Source: Camelus ferus (lineage: Eukaryota). From it: a stretch of 64,000 nt of DNA. A program made the translations under genes and the position numbers. The DNA is taken from contig NC_045696.1 of assembly GCF_009834535.1 (NCBI RefSeq), forward strand, positions 39,248,001 through 39,312,000, written 5' to 3'. Shown piece after piece: positions 51,030 to 64,000 of the stretch (its first letter is position 1; each line of letters starts with the position of its first letter). The notes beneath the pieces are model-generated. The model worked only from the letters and a program-made list of their open reading frames with translations, was not told the DNA's origin and searched no databases.

Positions 51030-51415
51030 GGAGGACAACACTCTTAGAGTTGTTACCTGAAGGGAATCTGGAACTCTGGCTTAATTAAAATCAAGTGTGA
51101 GTAGCTCAGACAAAACCACACTGATCAAGGCACACAGAGCATCAAAAACTACAGATAAATTGAAGTTTGCATAACTACGTCAGAAGTGTCACCTGTGGTG
51201 GAAAATACTGTAATTTCAATAGTTAAAACTAGAACTGATGTTTATCACTTGATGTTTATGATTTCACAGACTATAATGCCCTGTGGGATAACCTGGACTT
51301 CTACATGTTCAAATCTATAATACCCAGAAGAAGAGCTTAGTTTTGTCCTGAAGGGAATCCCTGGGTGCTATTAAGGAAATTTAGTTCTTCATTCCTTCCT
51401 CTTTTGGCAAAAGTG
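51030..51415 (+). promoter_or_regulatory. Putative promoter block of OR5H unit D
   Basis: Homologous to 820-1210. TAATTA at 51082-51087 and O/E-like TCCCTGGG near 51358. Confidence 0.48.
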
Positions 51416-51573
51416 AAACAGTTGCATAACTGGTTGACTCACGTTCAAAGCAAATTTATTTAAACAACAGTTTCCTGATCTTGGGAAATAAAGCCTCCAA
51501 AATAAATGGGTGTATAAGGAATTGCTACTTGTGTTATTGTCATTCCAGTGCTGTTTTATTATTTTCTACTTAG

Positions 51574-51621
51574 AAAGCCTAACTCTTCAAAGGGATCTCC
51601 ACAATTTCTTACAAGATATGG
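51574..51621 (+). other. Predicted 5' UTR micro-exon of OR5H unit D (48 nt)
   Basis: Acceptor ttttctacttAG| and donor G|GTAAGA, homologous to 1367-1414. Confidence 0.6.
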
Positions 51622-54600
51622 GTAAGAGAGAAATTGATTCTATAATATTCATTGTTCTTTAAGTAAAATAGTCAAAATACTGTACAATTTATAATAATTT
51701 TAGATTGATTTACAAAATACAAAAAAATGCCAGTGGAAAATGTAAAACAATGAATAAATTGTCTGTATATCTTATTTTTGTGACTAAATCTGGATAAGCA
51801 AAACACCTGTAAGACTGAATTATTCCCTTTAATGATAATTCATTATCTTTCTAATATAACTAAAATGATTTTGTAAGTTTTGGTGTACTAGAAAGTTAAA
51901 CAATTTAAACTGGATTTAAATATCAGGTCACATGTGTCCTATGTGAAAAATCTTTCAGTTATTCTCATTAAATATCCATTCTTTTTAGTTGATCACAATC
52001 TCAGATTAAACTTTTAAGGTAAGTCATTTATATTAGCTCCTCTATTCTTTTGCGTACTTGTGACAGCAATTTTGTTGACTATTTTAAATACAGAGAAAGA
52101 GAAAGAGAGAGAACGCGCAAGAAGTATGTAGAAAATATCTCTGCTCTTTCCAGCTTTACAACTTAATAAAGACACATACACATATTGAACTTGAGAATTT
52201 TCAATTATTAGTGATTTGGGATTTCATGAAAAGGAGCCTATTCCAATTAAAAGTACATTTAACAACTGGAGTTATTTGCAATGGTTATTTTAATCACCTG
52301 AATTAGGCTTCAGTCTTTGGCTCAGTTTTGCTCTACGAGAAAAACTGGTGGAAGAGAAAGTGCTGTCAAGTAAACCCAGCAGTATTTCTAAAGAAAGTCA
52401 GTTCTAATGACTGTAATAACAAATATAAAGCAATTTTTAATTATGGAAAGAACTTTCCAATAATGCTAGTATGTTTATGAACAAAATTTCCAGGATAAAC
52501 TTTAAAATGAAACACTCTCTTTTATACACAAATTCCCTAAGAAAATGAACTTAGAATTTTGAATAAAAGAATAAGAAAAGATTCCCAGTGTTCACAACAT
52601 TTAATGAAAACCAGAGTTAAGACAAAGATTCACCTGTAAACTTTCCCCTTACATCCTTTTCAGGGTTTATCTGGTACTACCCCTGTCTTCATTTGCTTGT
52701 CTTTCCTACACTTATCTCTCCACATCATTGCTATGCTTTTCTATTCCTCCTCCTCCTTTTTCTTCCACCCTCCCAGATTTCTGACTTCCAGTTCTCCTAC
52801 CCTATTTCTCTTTTTGATGCTTTCCTCTCTTCTCTTTCAAAAACTTTTATTTATTTTGTCCATGGGCAGTAACCAAATTCCAACTGTTGTCCACATTTTT
52901 TTAGCGTAATCAAAAATACTTCCTTCACGTTGTACACCATGTTTCCTATTCATTTGTCACTATTCTCTAGCATCAACTCAATCGTAACCTGAAAACTGCT
53001 CTCCCTAAAGACACTAAAAATCTTTAATTTCTCGCACTCAATGAACTCTGTTTACCCCTTATTCTACCACAGCATTCATTTTGCCAGTTGGTGCTGTACT
53101 TACTTCATTATGACCTTGAGTGTTTTTTCTCCCTTTATGGTCACAACACTCAGCTCTCCAGTTTCCCTCCTGCTTCTCTGATCACTCTGCTGAGTATCCT
53201 TTTCCAGTTTCTCCCTTATTTCTCTCTTTGGTTGGAGCCAGAGCACTTGTTTCTAACAGGAAACTAGTTATCTGAATAGAAATTTACCATTACATAGAAA
53301 TTCCAGGGAGATTGGAGGAATCAGGTAAAAATGGGCAGGAACAGAAGGAAGCAATACAGTGAGTCAACAGCCAAAATCAAATTTCTACACTTGCTCGGCA
53401 GAACTTCCTATCACTGCTACTGAGCTCAGGATGCCACAGCCCACACTGATGATGCAGTTGGTGCAGACAGAGGATACATTTGCTGGGGTCTTGATATAGC
53501 TGCCTTGCCTGACTTTACAACCAAAATTCCCTTTTTTCCATTTGTTTCCCACTCTTCATATTACAAATCCAGTGTGAGTGTGTTCGACTGTTCAAACCTA
53601 GATCAAGTCCTCTCACTCTAGGTGCAAAGGGAATGGGAAAGTGAGTTTCTGGCTCTTTTGACTCCTAGAGAAGTGGTTACTTTTGCCTGATACCAACAGT
53701 CATGTGGTAGAAAAGAGGATCACTTTTTATCTATCTAAAAATGACATGTATCCACTTCAAAACTTCTGTAATATAACTTCCTCAAGTTTCTTTCCATGCC
53801 CTTTTTCTTTTTACCTTATGCACACTTCCCAATGGTTAGGTCATCCATAAGTATGCCTTTACCTACCCAAATACTCCCAAGTCATTGTTTCCATTAACCT
53901 CTAACAAACTCATTGTTAGTAAGCTATCTCACTTGGATGTTCAGAGGAGAACCATCTAATCATCAAATGTCTCCGCTCTTCTTCACTGTCCACTCCCTTC
54001 AAATCTGTCACAGAGTCCTACTGATTTTACATTCTCATTTATCTTGATTTCTTTGTCCTCCTCATCACTTCCAATAACATATTATACATTGACTAAAAAC
54101 CTCACATGCATTTGAATCAACTGGAGAGTATTTTTGAAATATAGATCATTAAACTTCAGTCTTGCTCCCATAGAATCAGTATGTACAGTAATACCTCACT
54201 ATCTATATTTTGTACAAAAAGTTCCCCAGACAATTCTGATGTGTATTCTGGTTTGCGAAACACTGGACAAGAGTATCAGCTTCCTAATACATTATTCCTA
54301 ACTCTGGTTTCCCCTCCCTACAAAGTATTTTCTCCATCACCCAATATTTAATTTAAAAAATATCTTACAATGCCACTTCTAGACCTAAAAGTTTGCAGTG
54401 CATTCCTAAGGAACAAAATTCAAGATCCTTCAAGTGGCATCCAGTTCTTTTTATAATAATTCAAACTTCTTTTCCCTAGACTCTCATCCATGTCCCAGAC
54501 ACAGAATGTCCCAAATATGCTAAAGTATCCCCATAACTTTAGCTCATGCTTAGAATGTCTTTCCTTTTGTCTAAAACTTCTAATTCCTGCACATTTTTTG

Positions 54601-54798
54601 AACTGAAATATTTGCATTTTCCATTATATTCCCAAAATTAGTTTCCATTATAATGGTAGTAGTAAATTAAATTAAAGGCATTCTGATAAGCACATGGTTT
54701 TATTTCAACTACTTATTCCAATATTCTTTTTATATACTTTTAGTGAGTGTTCTTTTTACATTTACTGCATTTCATTTCAGGAGCCATCCAGTAACAAC

Positions 54799-55728
54799 AT
54801 GGATATTAAAAATGCAACATCACTGACAAAGTTTGTTCTCACAGGCCTTACATATCAACCAGAGTGGCATATTCACCTGTTCCTGATGTTCTTGATGATA
54901 TACCTCATCACCATCATGGGAAACCTTGGGCTAATTGCTCTCATCTGCAATGACCCTCAACTTCACATTCCCATGTACTTATTCCTTGGTAGTTTGGCCT
55001 TTGTGGATGCTTGCATATCCTCCACAGTGACCCCCAAGATGCTGGTCAATTTCCTAGCCAAAAGTAAGATGATATCTCTCTCTGAATGCATAACACAATT
55101 ATTTTCCTTTGCATTCAGTGCAACCACAGAATGTTTTCTCTTGGCAACAATGGCATATGATCGCTATGCTGCCATATGCAAACCATTACTTTATCCAGTG
55201 ATTATGACCAATAGACTATGCATTCGACTATTAGTTTTAGCATTTGTAGGTGGCTTTATTCATTCCATAATTCATATAGGTTTTTTATTCAGATTAACCT
55301 TTTGTAAGTCTAACATAATACATCACTTTTACTGTGACATCATGCCATTGTTTAAGATTTCTTGTACTGACCCTTCACTCAATGTTCTGATGGTTTTTAT
55401 CTTCTCTGGGTCAATACAAGTGTTCACCGTTCTTACTGTTTTTGTCTCTTATACACTTGTTCTCTTTACAATCTTAAAAAAGAAGTCTGTACAAGGCATA
55501 AAGAAAACATTCTCCACCTGTGGAGCCCACCTCCTATCTGTCTCTTTATACTATGGGCCTCTTCTCTTCATGTATGTGCGCCCTGGATCTGCACAAGAAG
55601 ATGATCAAGATATGGTGGACTCCCTATTTTACACTGTTGTAATTCCTTTCTTAAATCCAATTATCTACAGCCTGAGAAATAAGACAGTCAAAGATTCACT
55701 GACAAAAGTGTTAAAGAGAAATGTTTAG
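54799..55728 (+). CDS. OR5H2-like: Olfactory receptor, family 5 subfamily H (intact, 309 aa; true start MDIKNAT)
   Basis: Colinear paralog. The ATG at 54799 lies 18 nt after the acceptor ttcatttcAG (ends 54780), as in both paralogs. The upstream 35 codons in the ORF track are intronic. Motifs [25 protein letters not shown] and NPIIYSLRN. Confidence 0.94.
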   Translation: MDIKNATSLTKFVLTGLTYQPEWHIHLFLMFLMIYLITIMGNLGLIALICNDPQLHIPMYLFLGSLAFVDACISSTVTPKMLVNFLAKSKMISLSECITQLFSFAFSATTECFLLATMAYDRYAAICKPLLYPVIMTNRLCIRLLVLAFVGGFIHSIIHIGFLFRLTFCKSNIIHHFYCDIMPLFKISCTDPSLNVLMVFIFSGSIQVFTVLTVFVSYTLVLFTILKKKSVQGIKKTFSTCGAHLLSVSLYYGPLLFMYVRPGSAQEDDQDMVDSLFYTVVIPFLNPIIYSLRNKTVKDSLTKVLKRNV

Positions 55729-58700
55729 ATCTCATACTGTTGTCTGTTGTCTTTTTATTAAAATTGTCATAATTGTAAAGATTGCACATGGGCTCTGTTT
55801 TGGTAGTGTTCCAAATTTTTTGCAGTTACAATTACTCTAGTGTTTTAATGATTTAAAGTGTAGCACTAATATACTCCTTAAAATATTTGTATATGTTGTT
55901 TAAAATATACAAAAAATTTTAAATAAGTGTTTATATTATGTTAGAACAATTAAAGCAGAAGACAGTAAAAACATTTTAAATGCTTGTATGTTCTTCAATG
56001 TAGCTTTATAAAATCAGTAAGTACTGAAACAGTGCAGTTCCTCTAACAAGACTCGATTATGTTGTCTTTGACAGTAATGCAGCTGTGTAGCCTGGAGATT
56101 CATATCACATTTAAATCTACAGTGGAGGCAGGTTTGTGTTTGAGTGAACAGAAGCAAATCCAGGAATTCTGCTAGGGATCAAAAGGTTCTTATATTCCAC
56201 TCCATTTGGTACATGATGAATTATACTTCTTGTAGGGGTTCAATACTCATAACACATAGAGAAATAACCAGAAATTGCCAAAGCAATGAGGAAAAAATGA
56301 GAATGGATTTAAGACAGTAAAGGTGGAGCCAAACTGTAAAAGAATGCCCTTAGCCTAGTGTATGTCTACTGAGTAACCAGAAGGAGAGTTATCTCTTGCA
56401 TACGTTGCCTTGAAAGGCACATTTCAGCTATGTTCGTATGTTGTAGGGTAACTTGAAAAGCTTCACTAATTCAGAAAGCTAGGAGATGATATTTAAGAAT
56501 AATCTAAAGTATCATACACATCAAGTAAATTATTCTTATTCTTATCACTAGGATTAGCAACTGGAACAGACTATGACCAAATATCAGGGAGAAGCTATTC
56601 AATTAGATGTTTTATTTAAATACTTGTCTTATTTAAAGTAGATAAGCATTCAATAAATAAAATTATTTTATCATCTGAAAGTCTACTTCACAAGATGAGA
56701 TTAGGTCATCTGCCCTCTTTTTGTTGCCCTAAGGGATACTCCAAAGCCCTTGGAAAGGGAATGATGGAGCACAATCCAGCTGCTTTTATGTTTTGTCCCA
56801 GAAAATTACTGTTATTGCAAGTCTCTATTTAAAAAATTTTTGTTGCTGTGTAACATTCTAAGTATATTAATGATTCCCTATCAATTGACTTGATTTTGAC
56901 TTGTTCATTCATTACTATGACCCCAAAACTAGATCAATAACATAAACAGCTAGTATCTTCTGCATTGTAATGGTCTGCTTACCTAATTGATCCTTTCCTT
57001 AAATCAGAAAGTTGACATCAAGCTATAAATATATGACAATTTGTTACCTGTCAAGTCTTAATTTAGGCTAGGTGACTATGGAACAGACAGCTGGAGGTCT
57101 CTCAGAAATCAGAATTCCCGTGTAGCCTTCTCTTATGTATTCTGGTCTATAGATTCCTCTTCTATGGTTTATCCTTAGTGTAATGTCAGCTACTTTATGC
57201 CTTCCAGAAATTCACCAAAATCCCTAGTCCACTGATGTGATCTCATTCTCACTTCTGTTATAGATATTTTTCTCTTTTTTGTACTTCATTTTTGTCACTT
57301 CAATGGCATATTGGGAAAGAGATAATATATACACCTGTGTAAAAGTCACATTTTGAACAAAACATGATATTATTTAGTAGTTATTTAAATGTAAAGGATA
57401 TCATGTTGCTAAGTCTACTCAGTTGTGTGGAACACTGGTGATGTTTGATTAAACCATCCCATGGAAATACTAATAATATACACAAAATACACTTTATTAT
57501 AAAAGTATATTGAATTTCTTAACTGGGAGATTTAAAATATCCATAATTCTATCTTTATAAACATGTGTATACATATTTTTTCTCACTATTTTATAATACC
57601 TTCTACTGGTCAGAAATTATCTGACAAAATTATTCAATATTTTGTTCAAAAAAAACAAAAGAATTTGGATTTAGGGAAAAACAAAGAGATACCGATTAAA
57701 CTAGACTAGTAGTTCTAAAGTCTGTTTTGTTGACTGACTATGGTAGAACTGTATTGAGAGTACATTGGGTATGTGTCAAAAACTCTCAGTTCTCAGCTTT
57801 TTTTTAGCTCTTTTTAGAAAGAGGTTCTCAAACCTTAGTGGGCTTATAATTACATAGAAATCTTGATAAAACACAGATTGATAGGTACCATCAATGTTTT
57901 TGATTCAGCAATGTTAATGCTGTTGGTTTGGGATCATATTTATTGAACCACCATTTTGGACTAAATTTTGAGACCCCTTCTAATTCAAATGTTGAACCCC
58001 TAACTTCTAATGTGGTGGTATTTGGATTGACAACTTCAGGAGGCAATTAGGGCTAGATTATGTCATCATGAGGGTGAGGCCTTCCCAGTGAGATTAGTGC
58101 CCTTATAAGAAGAGAGAAAGGAGAACTCTCTCTGTGTGTGTCTATGTGAGTACTCACCAAAGAAACACTATGTGAACTCAGAGAGAACGCAGCTGTCTGT
58201 AAGTCAAGAAGTGGGGTCTTTCCATGTACTGTACTGCTGGCACCTCAATCTTGAACTTCTCATCTTGCAGAACTGTAAAAAATCAATGTCTGTTGTTTAA
58301 GCCACCCACTGTATGATATTTTGTTATAGGAGCTGAACAGACTAGGAAATCACTGTTTTAAAATAATCAGTAAAGCAAAATTGTTACAGTATCAAAAAAT
58401 TTAGAGAACAAAGGAGTTTTTACATATCCTCTATTCCCTGCTTAGATAGTGCTATGCAAATATACTAAAAGTTTCTACCCTCTGTATTCTACTTTATTCC
58501 TTGTTTTGAGCAGGTAGATAATAGATGCTGATATTAGATGTCAGCACCTGTTTCAAAGAATGAAGAAATGTGAACTTTTTAATATCTTTTTATTGGAAAC
58601 CATGATTGACAATGATGATAGCCTATCAAACTTCATTGCCTCATTTCAATAACATTAATGGGAAGAAAATCTGTCCATTAGAAAAAAAGTAATTATTAAG

Positions 58701-58904
58701 CTGGGTCAAATTCTGCATCATTCATTACTCTTTAAAAATTTTTATACACAACATGTTTGACTTGCCAAAATAATGTGATATTTGTCCCTTCCAAGTAGGT
58801 ACTCTCTAGGTGAGACTTAACAACAATAATTAATAATCTTATCATAATATCCCCTAAATTTTTCTAAAAAAGAGAGAAATTCCCTAAATATATAGTGAGT
58901 ATTA

Positions 58905-59190
58905 AAAAGACTTCAAAATTTGTGAGATTGTAAGTTTGGAGCAAAAAGCAAGACCCAACTATACAGTGCTTATAAAGAACCCATTTTAAATATAAAGACC
59001 CAAATAAGTTAAAAGTAAAAGGATGGGGAAAATGTATCATGAAATACTAGAAAAGACCCTGAAATAGCTCTATTGAAAGAAATCAAACTGATATATTGAT
59101 ATTATTGACATCATTGACACTCTACACACAACAGCAGAAAACATAGTATTTTAAAGTACACAAGAAACATCTATCAAGATATAACAAGTT
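58905..59190 (+). mobile_element. Ancient L1 endonuclease-region fragment
   Basis: aaaaagcaagacccaactata..tgc.tataa.gaa.cccattttaaatataaagac...aaaagtaaaaggatgg. Confidence 0.6.
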
Positions 59191-60509
59191 ATTGAGTTGG
59201 ATATATCACTTATGTATGCTTTCTCTGTTTTGAAATATTCTATTGTAGTCCACTCTCTTTCTGGAATAAATTAAATTGGAGAGATATTTTAAAGCATGCA
59301 AGTACATTTTAAATGTGTCATGTCAATTCTTTCTCAAGAAAGAATCTCAAACTAATTATCCTCAATGAAGACTTACTGACAAAAGTCAAATGATTTATAC
59401 CTAAAGGATTTATACGTCCCATTGTACTAGAGACCAATGCTTTAAAACGAAGGAGGAAAGTTCTGCTGTAGTTTCCTTACCCTTCCTTTCTCTTCCCTTC
59501 CTTCCTTTCCTTCCTTTTTTTCCTTATAGTGATCTGTTACAAAACAATTTTCTAACAAATTTCTTTATATAGATTTACTGATAACTAGTGTTTTATATAC
59601 GTATTAGAGTCTTTCAATTTGACAAATTCATGTAATATTTGGAAAGCAAAATGAAGCAGTGGCATTTTCTCTTCCAGTGCAAGTGAATATGCAGGCTCAA
59701 GATGACATGAGTAGGGCAGCAGATACCTTCGCATCCTATTGTTTAGTAATCAGCGTTATGAGAGGGGGAAGCTCGGGTTGCAATAGCAGTGGTAGCTGTG
59801 GTAGCAGCAGCTTTCTGATCTCTATATGGAGCAATAGAGCTGTGACTGAAAATAAAGCCCAATGATTTTTTTTAAAAGCAACTAATTTCTTGTATTTTTC
59901 CTGACATTTGAATAGCAGTTTCTGTCTCCTGCGTCAAAATATGACAGCATCTCTTTGAATGCATTTCTATAGCTTTACAATATTAGAATCTTCACAAGGG
60001 TCTCATATTATAAAACTAGTTTAATATCTAAATGAGTTCCTGTTAGACTATTCATAAATATAAATATATATGTGTGTATGTGTACATATACGTATATATA
60101 ACATATACATATAATTGGCAAAAGATTAATCATAAATATAGATAAATAAAACTACAAATTTAGCTATACAAATAACTCCTTGGCTCAACAAAATATAGAG
60201 ATACCTGAAAAAGTACCAAGCATAACATAGTGAAGAAAACTTGCAGTAGAAACAAGCTTCTTATTTTTCAAGCACAAATTAGAGCAAGAATGAATATGAA
60301 GATGATTCATGAGAACTAGATTAGGCTATAATTTATACTGTTGGAAGCAGGCAGGCTTCAGGAACCCCCACTGAACTGAGACTAACACCATCAGGCAAAT
60401 ACCACAAGTTCCAGAAAGGAGTCAGTCAATCAACAAATTACAATAACTTAAAATTGATTCTTATCCTGTATTTTTAAAAGTTTATAAGATGATAGGAAGA
60501 TAACTATAT

Positions 60510-60650
60510 TTACAGTCTGAATACCTAGTTACAATACACTATATGATTTAGAGAAAGTCTAAATGTGAATTTATCCCATCTGCTAAATGGGGAAAGTAGC
60601 AGTATCCTTTAAGAGCTGTTGTGAGGGTTAAACAAAGTAAGAGAATTTGC
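60510..60650 (+). mobile_element. MIR remnant
   Basis: ccatctg.taaatgggga...tagcagta.c...agagctgttgtgagg.ttaaa core. Confidence 0.55.
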
Positions 60651-61359
60651 TTTTTAAACAAAAAAATACTTTGCATTTTTACATTTTACCTCTAGTCGTT
60701 CTTCAGCAAAAAATTTTAAATCCACAACTTTCACAACCCTACAGAGTGAGGTCTGTTATGGCCTCTTGAGTCCCTGATTCCTCTCTTAACTCATTCTGAG
60801 TTTGGCCCAGCCAGATGGTAGAAGATGAAACTTGTTTTGATAAGCATGAACCTCCTAGTGAGATACTAAACTTGGGTAAATTCTGCATTTTATTTTTTGT
60901 GCAAAAGAATATTTCACAATAATATATATCAAAATAATCAAAGAAAAATTTCTTCTGTATGTTTAATTATATACCCCAGTAAATTTCATGATAATAAAGG
61001 CATATTTAATAGAAACTTATTTCATTTCAATCATACACATAAGGAAAAGCCAATAAATAAATTTTTTCACCTCAAAGACATTGCTAGCTCACATTATTTC
61101 TCCTGAGTTTGTTACTCTGATTCTGTTGTACTAGTTTTAATTTAAATATAAAAACACTTAGGTAAGATTTATTACACTACTAGGCATCTTATATAAGCTG
61201 CTTAGAAAACTTACAAATAAATTATGTAACTGGAAAGTGAAAATGTGCTGATTCTAGAAGACACAATAAACTGAGTTGTATATCACCTATAAAGGAGCTA
61301 AGAAACAAATGACCTCTTCAAAACAACACAACAACAAAGACAAACAAATGATCATTCAC

Positions 61360-62292
61360 ATCTCATCACAAACAATAGAGCCCAAAAGACAGTAGAACAA
61401 CATCTTTAAAGTGATAAAAGAAAATAAAAAATATGTCAACTGAGCACTCTATATCTGATGAAAATATATTTCAAGAATAAAAGCACAGTAAAGATATTTT
61501 TAGACAAGAAAGACTAAGGGAATCTACTATTAGTATCACTATGGAAAAAGCAACTCTTAAAAATAAAGGAAAATGAGTTCCAGTGGAAACTTGGAACTTC
61601 AGGAAGAAATTAAAAACTCTGAAGATAATTCTGTAGATAAGTAAGAAAGAGTATTTTTCCATTATTTTCTTTAAAATACATATGGATGTCTACAGCAAAA
61701 ATTACAATTCATATTGGGGCTATAAAATATACAGACTTTTTTAAAACCATTTTTTATTGATTTATAATCATTTTACAATGTTGTGCCATATTCCATTGTA
61801 GAGCACAATTTTTCAGTTATACATGAACATATATATATTCATTGTCACATTTTTTTCTCTGTGCGCTACCATAAGATCTTGTGTAAATTTCCCTGTGCTA
61901 TACAGTATAATCTTGTTTATCTATTCTACAATTTTGAATATACAGATTTAATATACATGGCTACTATGCCTCCTTACAGGCAAGGCAGTGTATAAATAGT
62001 TCTATATGACTATATACTGCTCAGTTTTGTCTGAAATGGTATATTAACTTTAAGCAAATTTTTAAAAGAGCTAAGAATGTATACTGTAATCCTAAGAGCA
62101 GTCATACACATATACACACACACACATAAACAAGCAGAGAGGTATAGAAAAAACAGACATTACAAACATAAGACAAATAGTAAAATATAAGACATAAGTC
62201 CAATCCTATTAATAACTAATTAAAGATAAGTGGACACCAAGTACTCACATAAAATGACAGAGATTCTTTCAACAGATTATCAAAAAGCAAGA
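61360..62292 (+). mobile_element. Ancient L1 fragment (ORF1 end to ORF2 start)
   Basis: gaacaacatctttaaagtg.taaaagaaa...gtcaac...ctctatatc.g..gaaaatat.tttcaagaat. Confidence 0.55.
61739..61936 (-). mobile_element. Short young L1 3'-end insertion
   Basis: T-rich tail plus L1 3' UTR; TSD aatatacaga at 61726-61735 and 61937-61946. Confidence 0.75.
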
Positions 62293-64000
62293 GAGGATTC
62301 TGGAAAGATGGTAGGAGCACCAGAAATCTTTCTCCCTACCTAAACAAAAATTGCACTGGCAGAATCTAATAAAAATACTATGGAACTATTAAATCCATTA
62401 AAGGCTTGTAACTTCCAAGGAAGGTTTGGACAGTAAATTGTGGTTAATTTTGGTCAGTTTCAGCTCTTAGCTCAGTCACCTATCCCCTACTCCATGGCAG
62501 GTAGCTGTGTGTGTGTTCCTGGAGCAGCTGGCAAACATGAAGGAGCAAGGGCAGGCAAAATGGATCCTGTTATCCAAATATTGGGGATTTGTGCAGTGAT
62601 TGCTGATCATGAATTCTGATCACAGAGATAGAGACAAAGAAGAAATGGTCATTTTTGTTCATCTCTAATCATTGTTATAAGCCCATCCCCATTTGACTGA
62701 AGTGACATCCAGGGAATTTAAAAGGCTGGCACCCTTTCCCTTCCCTTAATTTTTCTATTTTTCCCCTTTTGGATCCAAAGACTAGTATATCCAAAAGCAA
62801 CCACATGTATGGGAAAAATTAGAAAGTTACTATGCATGCCCAGGGAAAGGTGCAGGCTCAGAAAGAAACCTGAAAAGAACTTAAATTCATACTTCAGACT
62901 GATCCTCAGTAAAGAGACAGCCTATAACAATGAAAAAACAAGAAACAAAACAAAACCCAAAACTGCAAAGAGCAAACCCTGGAGAAGGTGAGAATTTAAT
63001 TTCCAGAGTTAACACATTATTAGGTCCAAATGCTCAATTTTTAACAAAAAATTATGAAACATACAAGGAAACAGGAAACTATGACCCATTCAAAGAAAAA
63101 AAAATCAACAGAAATTGTCTCTGAAAAAGATCTGATGTCTGATCTACCAGCTAAAGACTTTAAAATGATTGTCTTAAAGATACTTAAAGAACTACAGGAA
63201 GATGTGGAAAAAGTCAAGAAAATGATCTATAAAGTGGAAATATTAATAAAAAGAAACCTAAACAGAAATTTTAAAATTATGGAGCTGAAAAACACAGTAA
63301 CTAAAATAAAAATTCACTAGAGGGATTCAAAGACAGATTTGAATAGTTAGAAGAAATAATCAGTGAACTTGAAAATGGGACAACAGTAATTATCAAGTCT
63401 GAAGAACAGAAAGAAAAAGGTTGAAGAAATGTGAAGAGAGGCTAAGAAATCAATGATAAACCATCAATAAGACCAATATATAATCCTAGAAGAGAAAGAG
63501 AAAGGGGCAGAGAGAATATGTGAAGAAAAAAAAAAAACTGACTCAAAACTTCTGATAATTGATGAAAGACATGAATATAAGCATCCAAGAAGCTCAACAA
63601 ACTCCAAGTAAGATTCGCTCAAAGAGTTTAAGTTAAGACACAAAATCAAACTTCCAACAGCTGAAGACAAAGAGAGAATTTTGAAAGCAGCAAAAGAAAA
63701 GTGACTCATAACATAAAAGGGGTCCCCAGTAAGATTATCAGAATATTTTTCATTAGGAACTTTGGAGGCCAGGAGGCAATGGGCCAATGTAGTCAAAGTG
63801 CAAAAATGAAGAAAACTGTCAACGAATAATTTTACATCTGACCAAATGTCTTCAAAAATGAGGGAGAAATTAAGACATTCCTAGATAAACAAAAACTTAG
63901 GGAATTCATTACCACTAGACCCATGACACAAGAAAGGCTAAAGGGAGTCAGTACTGCAGGTAGAGTAAAAGAACAGTAAATGGGAACTCAAAACTGTTGG
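62293..64000 (+). mobile_element. Old L1 (L1M-type) 5' UTR and decayed ORF1, running off the window
   Basis: Starts gaggattctggaaagatgg. ORF1-like peptide KQETMTHSKKK...KDFKMIVLKILKEL..D and later ORF1 motifs. Confidence 0.8.

Larger units (their letters stand above)
33270..58900 (+). repeat. Tandem segmental duplication of OR5H units C and D (ATG-to-ATG offset 16660 nt); unit A (1-~10300) is a third copy
   Basis: Colinear homology across an old L1 fragment (33270 vs 49870), MER5, promoter block, intronic repeats, CDS, 3' flank, and the MER5/MaLR at 43560-44090 vs 57820-58360. Confidence 0.88.

Noticed and set aside
54694..54798. 35-aa N-terminal extension of the fourth OR in the ORF track
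   Set aside because: It spans the polypyrimidine tract and acceptor at 54780, which is conserved in the paralogs, so it is intronic. The true start is 54799.
59640..61110. Possible OR pseudogene, exon or promoter in the unassigned stretch, including the 68-aa ORF at 59659-59865
   Set aside because: I recognised no OR motifs or other protein similarity on either strand and have no paralogous copy to test conservation. It needs a database search.

Overview
AT-rich mammalian genomic DNA, most likely from a camelid (it contains two tRNA-derived SINEs of Vic-1 type and matching young L1 3' ends). The window lies inside a class II olfactory receptor cluster. There are four intact, single-coding-exon OR genes, all on the + strand: OR5H-like 5817-6746, OR5K-like 24712-25638, OR5H-like 38139-39068 and OR5H-like 54799-55728. 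The three OR5H genes sit in homologous duplicated units (A: 1-~10300, C: ~33270-49740, D: ~49770-58900). These units share promoter-like blocks, a predicted 43-48 nt 5' UTR micro-exon, a splice acceptor exactly 18 nt before the ATG, and ancient repeats. The rest is mostly transposable elements: a near-full-length dead L1, nested L1s, ERVL/MLT2 proviral remnants with dUTPase and pol, two solo LTRs, MaLR, MER5, Tigger, L2 and MIR. I found no convincing new multi-gene system. The most interesting signals are regulatory and evolutionary: a conserved micro-exon that could form splice-junction uORFs, a Lhx2/Ebf-composite-like motif, patchwork similarity among the paralogs, an OR5K gene placed among OR5H genes, templated or foreign insertions inside young L1s, and an LTR with GG...CC termini. 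Repeat subfamily names and receptor assignments come from my recall of consensus sequences, not from a database search.
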